Assembly (NCBI GenBank): GCA_030167865.1
Contig: JALAGF010005467.1
Coordinates: forward strand, 1-64,000
Source: Craspedostauros australis
Taxonomy: Eukaryota
Length of the DNA: 64,000 nucleotides
Direction of reading: 5' to 3'
The notes beneath the pieces were generated by a model, which worked only from the letters and a program-made list of their open reading frames with translations, was not told the origin of the DNA and did no database searches. Below, in pieces: positions 22,823-35,489 of this stretch (position 1 is its first letter; the number at the start of each line of letters is the position of its first letter). The position numbers were made by a program, and so were the translations under genes.

Positions 22823-23359
22823 GTTGCTTCTTTCGTTTTGAGCAAAGTGGATCGGAGCGGAGTGATGCTGGGCACTCTCTTGTGTCGATCGTGCGCAGTG
22901 GTGCAAGTGTGTGGAGTTGTATCTTCGATTGTTCGCTTCTGATTGCGGCGAGGAACGCGATGGAACCGGAACGCAGCACACTCGCGACTCAACGCAGATC
23001 CAGCATTGCCACCAACGTCCATTTTGGTGTTGTTGTTGCCTTCTCTGAGCGCGAGAAATGGTCCGTGAGGTGGCATTTCTTCGCGCACGGTTCGCATACT
23101 GAGTCTTGTGGATGTCGACTAATTTAGCTCATTCGTGAGGCGAAGCCATGGCTACTAGTATGTACATGAAACTAGAAGGGATAATTCGGCGTTTGTGCTT
23201 CCAAGATTGCGATGGAGGTATCTCCATGAAGTGAGCTCGAGCTTGGCGGGTGGTGCTTCCGTACAACAACATGCGAGTCGAGCACAACATCTGACAATTA
23301 CATTGGTCGATGTGATCTCTATCTGCTGTGCACAACTCCTACTCCTCCTTCGTTCCCTC

Positions 23360-25936
23360 CTACTTGCCGATGAATTCACCTCGTGACCATTGGCCGTCGT
23401 ATAGAATCCTGCCATCCGCTGCAGCTTCCTTGCCGCGGCCGTGCGTTCTGTCATCTTGGTATTCGCCATCGTACTGCCGTCCGTCAGGGTAATGGTACAC
23501 GCCTTTGCCGTTGCGTTTGTCTCTCGCATACGCTCCAATGTGCTTGGCGCCGTATGGCCAGGTGGTGATGCTGCAGTGTACGCAGAGTAGGCAGAGCGTT
23601 GCGTGATGACGACAGTAATTGGATGGTACCATAGGAAGGGATCAAAGACAGGGATTGGATTAGTCAGCAAATGAGAATGAAAAACAGGCAAGCACCAACA
23701 TGCCAACGCAACGTTGCAAGAACAACCCCCATTGAACCATCACTCACCCTTTGCCGTGCCGCTGACCACCTTGGTAATCCCCCGAATACACCTGGCCATC
23801 AGGCCAGACAAAGACACCGCGGCCATCTTGCCGGTCCGTCAACCACGTCCCGTAGTACAGATCTCCATCGACGGATGTGAAGACGCCGGGACCATGGCGT
23901 TCTCCATCCTGCCATCGTCCGATATAGATGCCACCATCATCCAATCGCAGTATGCCGTGCCCATCGGGCTTGCCAGCATCGTTCGTCCAGCCTGTGTAGA
24001 GTCCCGACAGATGAGTGGCATCGTATTCCTGCTCGATGACATGCTGGGATGGATCCAGTTGACAGTCGACGTCGTCGTCAATGTGCAACGAGAAGTGGAT
24101 GCTGGTGCTGCTTGCTGCATCATTGGATGGTGCGGTTGCGCCATTGTGGGCCGTGGTGGAGTTGAGCATGGCCCGTTGCTTGGCCACTTGCTGATTGGCC
24201 TTTGCAAGCTGCTCGTCCTGGTCTTCATTGAGTTGCTTGAGGTTCTCCAGTTCGGTCTGCGCTTGATCGTGCTGCGCTTGCAGTGCCTCCAGCTTTTCGG
24301 TGAGCGAATCGGCCTCCACCATCATGGAATTGGCCTGTTCCTGCTGATGATGGTACTGCTGCTTGTACTTCTTCAACTTGGTCTCCAGCTCCATGCACTT
24401 GATTTGCTCCTGCTCGAGAAGGATCTTGCTGCGTGGGATGTCGAGCTTGAGCGTTTCTATCGTTGTCCTGGCGTCTTCCAATTGCTTGTCAAGGTCCTGC
24501 TTCGCCATGTCGACGTCCTGCTCCTTCTGCTGCAAGGATTGTTCCAATTCCGTCACCTTGGCGGTGGCTTCTTCAAGGGAAGTCTCCAGCGATTTCAACT
24601 GCTCATCCTTCTCTTGGTCTTTTCCACCTTGATTTTCCTGCAGTGACTGCGGCTGTTGCTGGAGCTGTTCGTTGGTTTTGGTGATCTCCTCGAAAGATTC
24701 CAGGTTGGCCTTCAACTCTTGTGTCTCCTCGTCTGCAGTTTCCCGCGCTTCGTTCAATTTGGCCTTCCATTCGTCTGTCTCCTTTTCTGCATTTCGTTGC
24801 ACAGCATCCAGCTTTGCCTTCAGCTCTTCTGTCACCTTCTCGACACTCTCCATCGCAGCATCCAGCTTTGCCTGCAATGTAGCTGCTTCCTTCTCAGCAT
24901 TCTCGTCCATTGCATCTAGCTTTGCCTGCAATGCTTCGTTTGTTTGCTTGAGCTGCTCCATCTCTGCGAGAAGTTCAGGTGATGGTTCGTTGTCTGTCGG
25001 CGTGGTTTCATGTTGCGGTTGCATCATTTCCGCGTCCAGTGCTTGCATCTCCAAGATGCCGACCTTTTCTACAAGCTCATCTTTTTCCTGACGCAGCTCC
25101 TCGAGCTCTTTTTCCAGTGCCTCCAACGCTTCTGTGTCTGCCGCAGGTGCTGAAGCTGCTTCGTTCGTGCCATCATCATCTGTTCCGGTTGGGACCGTGG
25201 CAGCATCGGCATCGGCAGCTGCTCTCGCTTCCTCCTTGATCTGTGCCACACGCTGTGCTTCCTCCTGCTTCCACTGCTTCCGGTCTTCCTCATGGGATTC
25301 CTTAAGCGATGCATTCTCTTCCTTTAGTTGATCCAGTGCACTTTGCAACTCTTCCATTGCCGATTTCATGGCAACGAGCTCTTCTGACTCCATTTTTGCT
25401 TTCTCATCGTCTTTGCTCTCTTGGTCTTGTTGCTGCTCTTGTTGCTGCTGCTGAAGTCTCTGTTGAAGTTGCTCCTGCTGCTCCTGCAGTTCCTTCTGCG
25501 TGCCATCCAACTGTTCCTGCAGGAACTTCTTCTGCGTTTTCAAGTTATCGCGCTCCACGAATATGGCAGCGAGAGACTTTTGCGTCGCCGTGAGGGACGA
25601 TTGGACCGTCTCGATCTGCTTCGTATGCTCCAGCTTGAGGTCCTCCATCTGCGCTTGCAATCCATCCGCCTGCAACGCCGCGATCTGCGTGCGGTAGGCC
25701 TGCTCCTTGTCCTGGAATTGCTTGGTCAAGGAGTCGTTGGCCGTCTTGATGCGCAGCTTGTTGGAGATCTTCTCATTCTTGCGCTTGTTGCGCAGCAGCT
25801 CCTGATCCAACGTGAGCTGATCCTGCTGCAGCTGCAGTCGCTTCTTGGCGATGTCCAGCTGCGTCCATTCGCTCTGCGCGTTGATGCAGTTGAAGCACCG
25901 ATTGTCCGGCGTGCATTGCGATGGGGCGTACGACAT
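23360..25936 (-). CDS. Long coiled-coil protein with C-terminal MORN repeats; 2 exons
   Basis: E/Q/K-rich heptads followed by YxGxW..G.RHG.G repeats. Exons 25936-23748 and 23570-23360; the GTGAGT..TGCAG intron restores the MORN frame. Confidence 0.88.
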
Positions 25937-26801
25937 GGTTGTCAACCGTGCGCTGGACAATCCGCAAAAGTATAGGTGCGAGTATGAGTATGAGTCTCAG
26001 TACCAGTGTATCCACTTGGTGTCCGTTGGCTACGTTGGAAATGGGTGAAGTCTTCTTCTCGCTTCTGCGCTTGAGTGCTCAACAAAGGCACGGTGCGATG
26101 GAGTTGGAGCTCCCAGCAATATCTCGCAGCAACGTCTCGCAGCAATATCTCGCAATAACTCAGAGACTTCTTTCCTGGTGGCGATGACAGCAACGGCGGA
26201 GGTACGACAATGGCGATGGCGATGGCAAATGACGGTGACAGAAGTTGTGGCTTGAACCCTCTCCAACCGCTCTCAGTCTTCCTTTCGCAACGCAACAATG
26301 AGCGTTTCGGCAATGCCAAAAACAACCACGAAGTCCAGCAAGAACGCCGAGAAGAACACATCCTCGCGCCATGTTGACAAGAATTCGATCTTGGGAAATT
26401 GTTTGATCGTGATTCGCACAATCTCTCGTCTCATAAGTACTTGAACAGTCGTATTATTGATCTTCCTTCTCATTTTTTCCTCGTCTGTCATGCGACAGAA
26501 GGGAGGATTCAAATCTCAAATCCAATCACCAATCATCGATGGCGCCAAACCAAGCCAAAATCGAAGCGGATCAAAACCACACACATCTTGTTGTTCTTGT
26601 TCTTGCCACCAACACCGCCACAGCGATCACCATTGTGGACGCCATCTCACAAGAAGCGGGAGTGTGTGTGTCACCACGAAGAGACCAAGACTCAGACAAA
26701 GAGAAGAGGAAGAGAGGAAGAAGAAAAGGGAGAACGCCATCCATCATCCATAATCTTGCCATCCTCTTTCCATCCTCCTCCAAGGTTGAAGAACGCGAAG
26801 C

Positions 26802-29108
26802 ATGTCGAACGAAAGCACCCAAGCGGAGCCCCAGCGCGGCTCCTTGGTCGTGGGCCTTTCCTCAATCCAAGCAGAACGTGAGTACTATTACATTATACAA
26901 TAGAATATTGTGCAATAGAAGAGCACCTGCGCATCCTCTCGCATGGCACAATGCCACTGAACAGCATGCCACTTAATCAAGCTCAGCACACGTATCTCAC
27001 ACCATCCATGCTTCTCTGCTACTCTACTGCAATGCCCTGTTCTGATGCGAAACTCCACAACTGCTCTATTCTACTGCAACTGCACTCCACTGCAACACCT
27101 GACGCGCGCAGCCAACGCATCGCTGGTGCTGCAGACATCGCGCGATGATGGATTCGACTTCGTGACGACGGAGCTGCCGCACAAGCTGGATGCGCGCCAG
27201 GATGTGAGACAGCTCAACGGGCGCTGGTGGAGAACGGCCGTGGTGGGAGTGGTGCCGCAGGCAGAGAGCATGGAGCTGCAGATCTCCAGGTTCCGGGCGC
27301 AGATCGAGTGGGCCACGCACATGGGCATCCCGGCGGCCATCCTGCCGGAGGCACCGTCCGATCCCAGCGACATGATGGACTACGCGCAGATCATCCAATC
27401 CCTCGCATTCGAAAAGTCGCAGGCCAGCACGCACATACAGTTCTGGATCCGCACGCAGATGACGGAGCACTCCCTCTCCAACTTCAGCGCCCTGCATCAG
27501 CTTTGCGACGGTCTCGGCAACATAGGCATGATCCTCACCATGGACAATCCCCAGAGCCTTGCCGGGAAACCGGTTACGGCGGCAGGTGCCAACACGGCGG
27601 CGTCCGTCGCGGAGAAGATCCGTCTGGTCCACCACGCCATCGGTCTGCAGCTGCGCGCCGTCATCTTCCCCACCAACGTCTTCTTGACCAACAAGAGCGG
27701 GTTTCCCACTCTGGCCAAATCGCATCAGGTCCTCTTCACGGAGGTCCTCAAGCGCATCGGTCGCACGCTGCGCGTCGTGCTCGAGGGACCCTCCCTGCAT
27801 CCGGATCCCACCGCCTCGGCCACCGCCAGCTCCACCGGTTGCCTCACCTACTTGCAGTACCTGCAGTACATCCGCGGCAAGAAGGAACTCAAGGAGCTCG
27901 ACTCCGACGGCTCCATAGTCGAAAAACCCTACCTCGATAGTCTGCAACGTCCTCTCGAACCCCTGCGAGATCATTTGGAGTTCTCCATGTACGAGACCTT
28001 CGAGAAGGATCCCATCAAGTACGTGAGATATCAGGACGCCGTCTTCCTGGCCCTGCAGGAGGGATTGCAGCACGTGCCTCCTGGATCACCGCGGCAGATC
28101 ATCATCGCCGTGGCGGGGTCGGGACGCGGTCCTCTTGTCACGTCCTCCATCAAGGCCTACCTCGATCTCAGCCCACCATCGCATATCTCCCTCAGGGTCT
28201 TCGCTGTGGAGAAGAATCCATCGGCCGTGCTCTACCTGGAGAGCATGGCGCAGCAGGATCCGCTGTGGAGAGGCATCGTCACCGTCGTTCATTCGGATGC
28301 GAGAGGTCTTACGAAAGAAAAGATCGGAGGCAACAGCATCGATATCGTCGTGTCTGAGCTGCTGGGGTCGTTCGGTGACAACGAATTGTCGCCGGAGTGT
28401 CTCGATCCGCTGCTTGCGTCGCAATGCTGCAAGGAGACCACCATCTCCATTCCAACCAGATACACTGCCTCGTTGGCGCCGGTATCGTCCATGAAATTGC
28501 ATTCCCAGGTCAAGTACCAGGCCGAGTATCCCAAGCAGGGTGGTCACTCCACCGGCCTGCAACGTGCCATGGAAACGCCCTACGTTGTCCGATCTCACGC
28601 TGCCAGCCAGACGCATGCGGAACAGAACTGCTGGACATTCGAGCATCCCACCAACATCACGAACAAGGAGCGCGTGGCGACCCTGGATTTCACGCCGGAC
28701 TCCACCCTCGCAGCGGCATCGGGCTGCGGGTACGGCCCGGTCGATGCTGGCGTCGCCGGCATCATGAGCCAATGCACGCAGGATATGCAAACAGCGCTGA
28801 ATCTGCACGGTCTGCTGGGATCCTTCTCGGCCGTCCTGTACGAAAACAAGGCAGGCAAATCAGCCATCATCTCCATCGCACCGCACAACTTCTCCACGAG
28901 CATGTTCTCGTGGTTCCCGCTGTACTTTCCATTCCGCGAACCCCTCCTCGTTCCAGCCCGCTCCACGGTCACAGTCAAGATGTGGAGAAAGACATCGCGC
29001 GGCAAGGTGTGGTACGAATGGTGCGCACGTGTGCACCGAGATCAAGAATTGCTGGCAATGACGCCCATTCACAATTGTAATGGGCGGTCGAGCTATGTGT
29101 CCATGTAG
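26802..29108 (+). CDS. PRMT5: Protein arginine N-methyltransferase 5; 2 exons
   Basis: FLTNKSGFPTLAKSHQ, YETFEKDPIKY, VAGSGRGPLV, AVEKNP, VSELLGSFGDNELSPECL, MFSWFPLYFP, KVWYEW, IHNCNGRS. Exons 26802-26877 and 27112-29108. Confidence 0.95.
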
Positions 29109-29490
29109 AAGAGCAAAAAATTGGGAAAAAACGCGCAGCAGCATGTTCGATGCGATCGGTGTAATCAGGAGCAGTATATTCCACCAGACGAAACGTTAAA
29201 GAAACCATCAGATCGCTCATGGTTTTGGGGTGGACTAGATACAGAAATCGATGGGAGCATGGCATGGCATGGTACGACTATGATATGGTGATCTACTCTC
29301 CTGTCAACAAACCATTCCCCTGCTCCACGGTGTTAGGCGAAATGGCTGCTCTACAGAATATTTGTTGAAGTTTGAGTGGCGAATGCGTGGAGAGAGAGAA
29401 ACGCCCCACTCTGCCATGACATAGAATCCTTTACTTGCATGGCACATGTGACACACCATTCATCTGATAGCATCTGTGTCAACAAAAACA

Positions 29491-30804
29491 TCACCCAACC
29501 TTCCTCCACAGCTTGAATTCCCCACCATTGTGCACCACGTATCGTAACCCGAAGTAGTTGTTATCCGGCACCTCCTTGAATGGTATGTACGCGCAGATTT
29601 CGGGATACGTGAGGCACACCGACTGCAGGATGGCCTGATCTTCGACGATGATCATGTTTCGCTCCAAAAAGGCATCGATCGTCTCGAGGAAGTACCGATG
29701 GAACATCTTCCACGTCTCGATGTACGCCACCATCTGCGATCCGCTGTGATAAAAGTTGGCCTTGTGGTGGTACTTGTCATTGAACAGCGTTTCCGACTGC
29801 GGCGGATTCGGAGTGTGGTGCGCCATCTGCATCATCTCGTTTTGCGGCACGACGTCTCGATGCAGAATCATGGTCTCGTTGTTGTATCGGCGATCGCGGA
29901 AGCATCCGATGTCGGACCATAAGAAGAGGTCGCTGTCGAAGATATTGAGACGGATGGCTTCCATGACCCACCATGATTTGGACAGCCAAATCCAGAACAG
30001 TTCGTACGAGCGATGGATGCGCCGTTCCGGATCGCGGTCCAACTGGGTCTGCCAAAAGTCTGCCGTATGCAGCTTACCAATCGGCAGATCCTGCAACGCG
30101 AGCGGCACGATGACGGTGCGGTTGCGCGCATGCTGTCGCATCTGTTGAATCTGATCGACGAGGTCGGGCGACGTGAAGATGATCATAGCATCCTGCAGAC
30201 TCAGCATGTTGGACATCCATCGCGTGTATTTGTCGGGCTTGAATTTGGATGCCACGCGAAAGTAGGCCGTGACGACGGTGTTCTCGCTCGTGATGAGGTC
30301 GGGCGAGAGCTTGATGATGTCGGAGTCGTCGTAGGGCGGCGGATTCGGTCGCTGCAGCAGATTTGTGGCCGATGGGAGCTTCGCGTGCGTGCTCTGTACT
30401 TCGATCATCTTCGTCGGGCTTGACTGTTGTTGCTGCTGCTGCTGCTGCTGTGTATCAATGTGTAACGAAGCCGATCCTGCAGTCCCTGTGTCACCACCAC
30501 CACCACCACCACCACCACTACTGCTCTGCTGTGATTGACCTTCCAATGCAGGAGTCACCTCATTCGCTGTCATCGTTGTCGTGGGAAGCCGGGCCATGGA
30601 ACTGTACACAAAGGCCATCATCAAGACAAGTGGAAATGCGATCACATATGCAAACAGAGGGATTCCCTTCCGTCGCTTGCTCTTCATTGTGGACAGTGAG
30701 GATGGCATGGGTGGTGTTGGCATCGCTTGATGTGGCGTCTGCGGCCATGCGCTTGTTGATTTGCCATCAAGTCTGCTTTCCGATTGTGCGGCCGCTCGCT
30801 TCAT
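29491..30804 (-). CDS. Type II membrane protein with HtrL/YibB-like (putative glycosyltransferase) domain
   Basis: TM LFAYVIAFPLVLMMAFVY, low-complexity stem, then TVVTAYF..KY..WM, IWLSKSWW, WSDIGCFR and EDQ motifs. Confidence 0.7.
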   Translation of the reverse strand: MKRAAAQSESRLDGKSTSAWPQTPHQAMPTPPMPSSLSTMKSKRRKGIPLFAYVIAFPLVLMMAFVYSSMARLPTTTMTANEVTPALEGQSQQSSSGGGGGGGGDTGTAGSASLHIDTQQQQQQQQQSSPTKMIEVQSTHAKLPSATNLLQRPNPPPYDDSDIIKLSPDLITSENTVVTAYFRVASKFKPDKYTRWMSNMLSLQDAMIIFTSPDLVDQIQQMRQHARNRTVIVPLALQDLPIGKLHTADFWQTQLDRDPERRIHRSYELFWIWLSKSWWVMEAIRLNIFDSDLFLWSDIGCFRDRRYNNETMILHRDVVPQNEMMQMAHHTPNPPQSETLFNDKYHHKANFYHSGSQMVAYIETWKMFHRYFLETIDAFLERNMIIVEDQAILQSVCLTYPEICAYIPFKEVPDNNYFGLRYVVHNGGEFKLWRKVG

Positions 30805-31206
30805 GATGATTGTTTCCAACGGACTCTGTTTGCATTGAAGTATGAGGTATGTGGTATGAGGTATGTGGTGTGACTCGGAGGCGAGTGCAAAGTGATACTC
30901 GGACAACTTGTACCCTCCAGAGCACTCGTATTGTTGGTGTGAGTCTCTCTGATTACGGCGCTCTGTCGCATGCCGTCCGCATCTCTTCTCTTGGTCTCCC
31001 TGCTCTCGCTCGTAGTAGTATCTCGTTGGAGGGAGGCAAAAGATGACTGAATTTGGTGGACTTTTCGTTTTCTTTCGCGTTTGTGCTTTCGTGTTGGTCA
31101 CAAAGCAATTCTACACAATAATTAAGACGAGATACGAATATTTCACACACCTCCCATTTCGACACATATGATTCAAGTCTGCTTTTTGTCAGGCTCAATC
31201 ACGATG

Positions 31207-31253
31207 CTTCCAGTCACGTGTCAAAATGTCACTGGAAGACACGTGATGTGACA
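31207..31253. promoter_or_regulatory. Paired CACGTG (E/G-box) motifs in interleaved inverted repeats in the divergent HtrL-like/cryDASH intergenic region
   Basis: CACGTG at 31215 and 31240; inverted pairs CTTCCAGT/ACTGGAAG and TCACGTGTC/GACACGTGA. Function is inferred. Confidence 0.4.
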
Positions 31254-31462
31254 AGGTGTGAGTCAGACACATCATCCCAAAAGCAGAAAACGAAAATGCC
31301 AACACCAACAACGACAATCCACCACAAACAGATCAGACGGGCTCCTGGCCAACTCATCAGTCAGCCGGGGCCATCAGCGTTGTCGCTTTCTTTGTGAATT
31401 GTCGCAGCGGTTGTTCTCTGCTCTTCTCTGCTTGATGCACCAGACGACAGGCAACATGACGC

Positions 31463-33250
31463 ATGGCACATAAAATGACTACGATGCGAATCTCCGTTCT
31501 GTTGTCATCGTTGTCACTGGGAATATTGATGCTTGCCAGAACCAGTTTCGGCCTCTCCGCCAAGCCCGTTGCTTCGTTGTCCACCATGTCGTCATCGAAG
31601 GCATCCTCATCACCGGCCGGTACCTCCAGCGTCGTCTTCCACTGGTTCCGCATGGGAGACCTGCGCGTGCACGACAACCCGGCGCTCGTCAAGTCGGCGC
31701 AAGTTGCCAAGCAGGCGGACTGCAGCGTGGTGCCGGTCTTCTGCTTCGATCCGCGCATCTTCGGCGACAATGCCAGATCGGACTTTGGAAACCTCAAGTG
31801 TTCGCCGCAGCGTGCCAAGTTCGTTCTGGAGGGCGTGCAGGATCTGCGCAGCTCCTTGGAGAAGATCGGTTCCAAGCTCGTCGTGGCCAATGCCAAGCCT
31901 GAGGAGTTCTTCGCCGCCACCCTCAAGGACGTCGACGCCGGCAAGACCATGCTAGTCTACCAGGATGAGGTGTGTTCGGAGGAGACGGCCGTGGCCAACA
32001 AGGTCAAGAAGCTCTTTGCTTCGCATGAGGCCGTCTGGGGTTCCACCATGTACGACATCGAGGATCTGCCGTACCAATCCGATCTCGTCGACATGCCCAA
32101 CAGCTTCACACCGTTCCGCAACAAGGTGGAGAAGAAGTGCAAGATTCACACGCCGTTGCTGGCGCCCAAGTCCATGGCCTTCCTGGCACCTGACAAGATC
32201 CCTGTGACCATCAAGACGCACAGCACCGCACTCCCATCCTTGGAGGATTTGGGATACAATGCCGAACAATGCAAGTTCGCCAACACTGTCGATCCGCGCG
32301 GCGTCATGCCATTCCAAGGCGGTGAAACGGCCGCATTGGCACGCGTCCAGGATTACATCTGGGACAAAGACCTCCTGCGCAAGTACTTTGACACGCGCAA
32401 TGGCATGATCGGTGCCGATTATTCCACCAAATTCGCACCATGGCTGGCGCACGGATTCCTGTCACCGCGCTACGTCGCCCGCGAATGCCAAAAGTACGAA
32501 CAGACGCGCGTCGCCAACAAATCGACGTACTGGGTCGTCTTCGAGATGCTGTGGCGCGACTTCTTCAAGTTCTTCGCCAAGAAGCACGGCGATCGTCTCT
32601 TCTATCCCGGCGGCACGATCAACAGCGACAAACCGTGGAAGCATTACGAAAAGAATGTGCAGGCCTGGATCGAAGGACGCACAGGATTCCCGCTCGTCGA
32701 TGCCAACATGCGCGAGCTGGCGGCCACGGGATTCATGTCGAATCGCGGTCGTCAGAACGTGGCGTCCTTCCTGGCGCTCGAGCTCAACCAGGATTGGCGG
32801 TACGGTGCTGATTACTTTGAAAGCATCTTGATGGACTACGATGTGCATTCCAACTGGGGCAACTGGTGCGCCGCGGCAGGCATGACAGGCGGACGGTTGA
32901 ATCGCTTCAACATCGTCAAGCAATCGAAGGATTACGATCAGCACGGCGATTACGTGCGTCATTGGCTGCCCGAGCTGAAGGACGTGCCGACGCAGTTCGT
33001 GCATGAGCCATGGAAGATGACGCACTTCCAGCAGACGGAACACAACTGCCAGCTGGGCGTCGATTATCCCAATCCCATCATCCGTCCATTCTATCCGAAC
33101 CCCAAGAACAACAACCGCAGCAAGAATGATCGCAACCAACGCAACGGCGGCGGACGCAATAGCAAGCGAGGTGGCGACAACCGCAATCGCGGCCGTGGGC
33201 AACGCCAGGATATGAAGAGTCTCAAGACCGGAAGCATTCGGATGGATTGA
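31463..33250 (+). CDS. cryDASH: Cryptochrome DASH (photolyase/cryptochrome family) with N-terminal targeting peptide
   Basis: WFRMGDLRVHDN, YFDTRNGMIGADYSTKFAPWLA, STYWVVFEMLWRDFF, TGFMSNRGRQNVASFL, DYDVHSNWGNW. Start may be the third Met (MRISVLL). Confidence 0.93.
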   Translation: MAHKMTTMRISVLLSSLSLGILMLARTSFGLSAKPVASLSTMSSSKASSSPAGTSSVVFHWFRMGDLRVHDNPALVKSAQVAKQADCSVVPVFCFDPRIFGDNARSDFGNLKCSPQRAKFVLEGVQDLRSSLEKIGSKLVVANAKPEEFFAATLKDVDAGKTMLVYQDEVCSEETAVANKVKKLFASHEAVWGSTMYDIEDLPYQSDLVDMPNSFTPFRNKVEKKCKIHTPLLAPKSMAFLAPDKIPVTIKTHSTALPSLEDLGYNAEQCKFANTVDPRGVMPFQGGETAALARVQDYIWDKDLLRKYFDTRNGMIGADYSTKFAPWLAHGFLSPRYVARECQKYEQTRVANKSTYWVVFEMLWRDFFKFFAKKHGDRLFYPGGTINSDKPWKHYEKNVQAWIEGRTGFPLVDANMRELAATGFMSNRGRQNVASFLALELNQDWRYGADYFESILMDYDVHSNWGNWCAAAGMTGGRLNRFNIVKQSKDYDQHGDYVRHWLPELKDVPTQFVHEPWKMTHFQQTEHNCQLGVDYPNPIIRPFYPNPKNNNRSKNDRNQRNGGGRNSKRGGDNRNRGRGQRQDMKSLKTGSIRMD

Positions 33251-33500
33251 GGCACTGGAGTAGAACAGGAAACCTGCTAGAGAATAGTACGCTGCGCTAC
33301 TACTGAATTGTTGCCAAATGGAGACGAAGTGAGGTGTTGGTCTTGTAGCTGGAATGGTTGGGGTGCTCGTTCTCACCATGCGCCAAGCGTGCACATTGAC
33401 TGCCTGTTTCTGCTGCTGCCGACGATCGCACTGTTGGCTCAACCACTTGTAATGCGCGTCATGTAAGCGATACGATGCAGCATACGCAGTTATTCGATAA

Positions 33501-34873
33501 TTAAATATCCACCGAAACGCAGTTGCCATCCAAGCTCTTCATGAGGGCATCGGCAATCTGTTGGTTGACCATGGACACGTCGGCAAATCCGTTGGCCGCC
33601 TTGGCCGTGTCCTCGTTGCTGGTTGTCCATTTGGTGGCATCCGCGCTGGTGGCATCCATCGTCTTGACGATCTCTGCGAACTTGGCCCACAACAGGATCT
33701 CCTGTATTCGTTCAGCAGCGCAAGTAGTTTGTTTGTTCGAGGATGGGCGTTGAGTGATTGAGATGGTGAGTGAACATGTCAGTACAAAACAGCGAGATTA
33801 TGGTGCCGCTGGCCTGTGGATTGTCGTCACAATCGACACCATGATCAGTCATACAGTTGCCCTGCAAGGTGTTGCAATCCCCAACACAAGCAGCCAACAA
33901 CCAAATGAATGCTCAAATGCACACCTGCACAGATACTGTGACTTACGTGGACGGGGCAATCCTCGCATTCCACCTTCTCGATCTCATTCGATGTCAGGAT
34001 GGCGTAGTTGTTCAAAGCCGATGACTTGATGTCGAACGAGACAGGCCCCTTCGTGGGCAGCACGAGATCATCCAGAATCACCGACTTTTGAGTACCGCAG
34101 ATCTCGAATCGCTGACGGAAGGCCGTCATGAATCCGCAATGGAACCACAGCACGCAGCCGCCCTCAAAGCGCACAACACAGGTGGCATCCAACGGCACGC
34201 CGTGCTTGCTGAGCTTGAAGTCGACGACCTGCGCGCTGACGGGTTTCTTGCCGAGGGCCTGACCGAAGACCATCTGTGCGAATCGGATGCAGTACCAGCC
34301 CAGATCGCCGATGGCGCCGAGCAGGTCGGCGTCCTTGCGCGCGCGGATGTTGGTCTCCTGAAAGACGGCGTCCGCCAGGAAGGTGAAATTGGCCTCGATG
34401 CGATCGACGTCGCCCAGCTTGTTGGACGACACGGCGTCAAGGATCTGCTGCGTGCGAGGATGGTGCGGGAACATGGTGCCGTCCAGGATGAACCTGTTGT
34501 GCTTGTAGGCCTCAGCCAGCATCTCCGCGTACTCGCCGGACGAGATGGCCACGGGCTTCTCCAGCACCACGTGCTTGCCGCCGCGCAGGGCCTTGAAGAC
34601 CCATTCCTTGTGCAGCGTGGTGGGCAGCGGCAGGTACAGCGCCTCGACGAGATCCGAGGCGATGAGCTCGTCGTAGCTGCCGAAGGTCGCAATCTTGGAG
34701 GCATCGTCGCCGAACATCGTCTTGGCGAACTCCTGCGCCTTTTCCAGGGATCTGGAGGCAATGGCCGTCATCTCGCAGTTCGAATCCTTCGACAGAATGG
34801 CCGTCACCGTCTTGTACGAGATGTACGCGCATCCGAGCATGCCAACGCGGAGCTTGGGGCTGCTTTCTGTCAT
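33501..34873 (-). CDS. Gfo/Idh/MocA family NAD(P)-dependent oxidoreductase; 2 exons
   Basis: LRVGMLGCAYIS, IASRSLEKA, YLPLPTTLH, KHVVLEKP, GAIGDLGWYC. Exons 34873-33947 and 33701-33501. Confidence 0.92.
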
Positions 34874-35489
34874 CTTTCGTCTAATATATGATAGAATAGA
34901 ATATAATAGTAGAGTGTTGGTTGATTTGGAGAACTTGCTCGGCTGTTCGAATGGCTTGCAACCGAATTGTGATTTATGATTTGTGGAGGGTGGATGCAGG
35001 GGCAGTTTGTTGCAGCTGTTGGTGGGGTGCGTATCTTCATCACACCACAACACACGACGACGCGTCGACAAAGATCTTCCACAAGATCGGAACCGTTTCC
35101 GCGCGATCGGTTCGTCGCAACCACCTTTTTCGAACACTCGTGACACAGCATGTCTTGTTTGTCGTCATGAATAGTCGAATGGATCGAAACGACGTACGCA
35201 CATTTCGGACAGTCTTGAATGTTTGTGTTTCTTCCTGTATGTCTAATACAGTGTCTGTTTATGTATGTTGCTGTGCGCGTATGTCTGTTTGTCTCACAGC
35301 ATGTTCACACCCTTCATCGCAGCGTTAACTTGATCATCTTCCGACGCGGCGCTGTTGCCACGGAGGGCGCACATTCCACCTATGTGTGAGACACGAAAAC
35401 ATTGTCGCAGCTGTGTTAATTTATTTGTATGATTGCATTGTAGTAGCTCGTCGAGGATAACAGAGAGTAGGCGGTGGTAGCGTTTCGCT

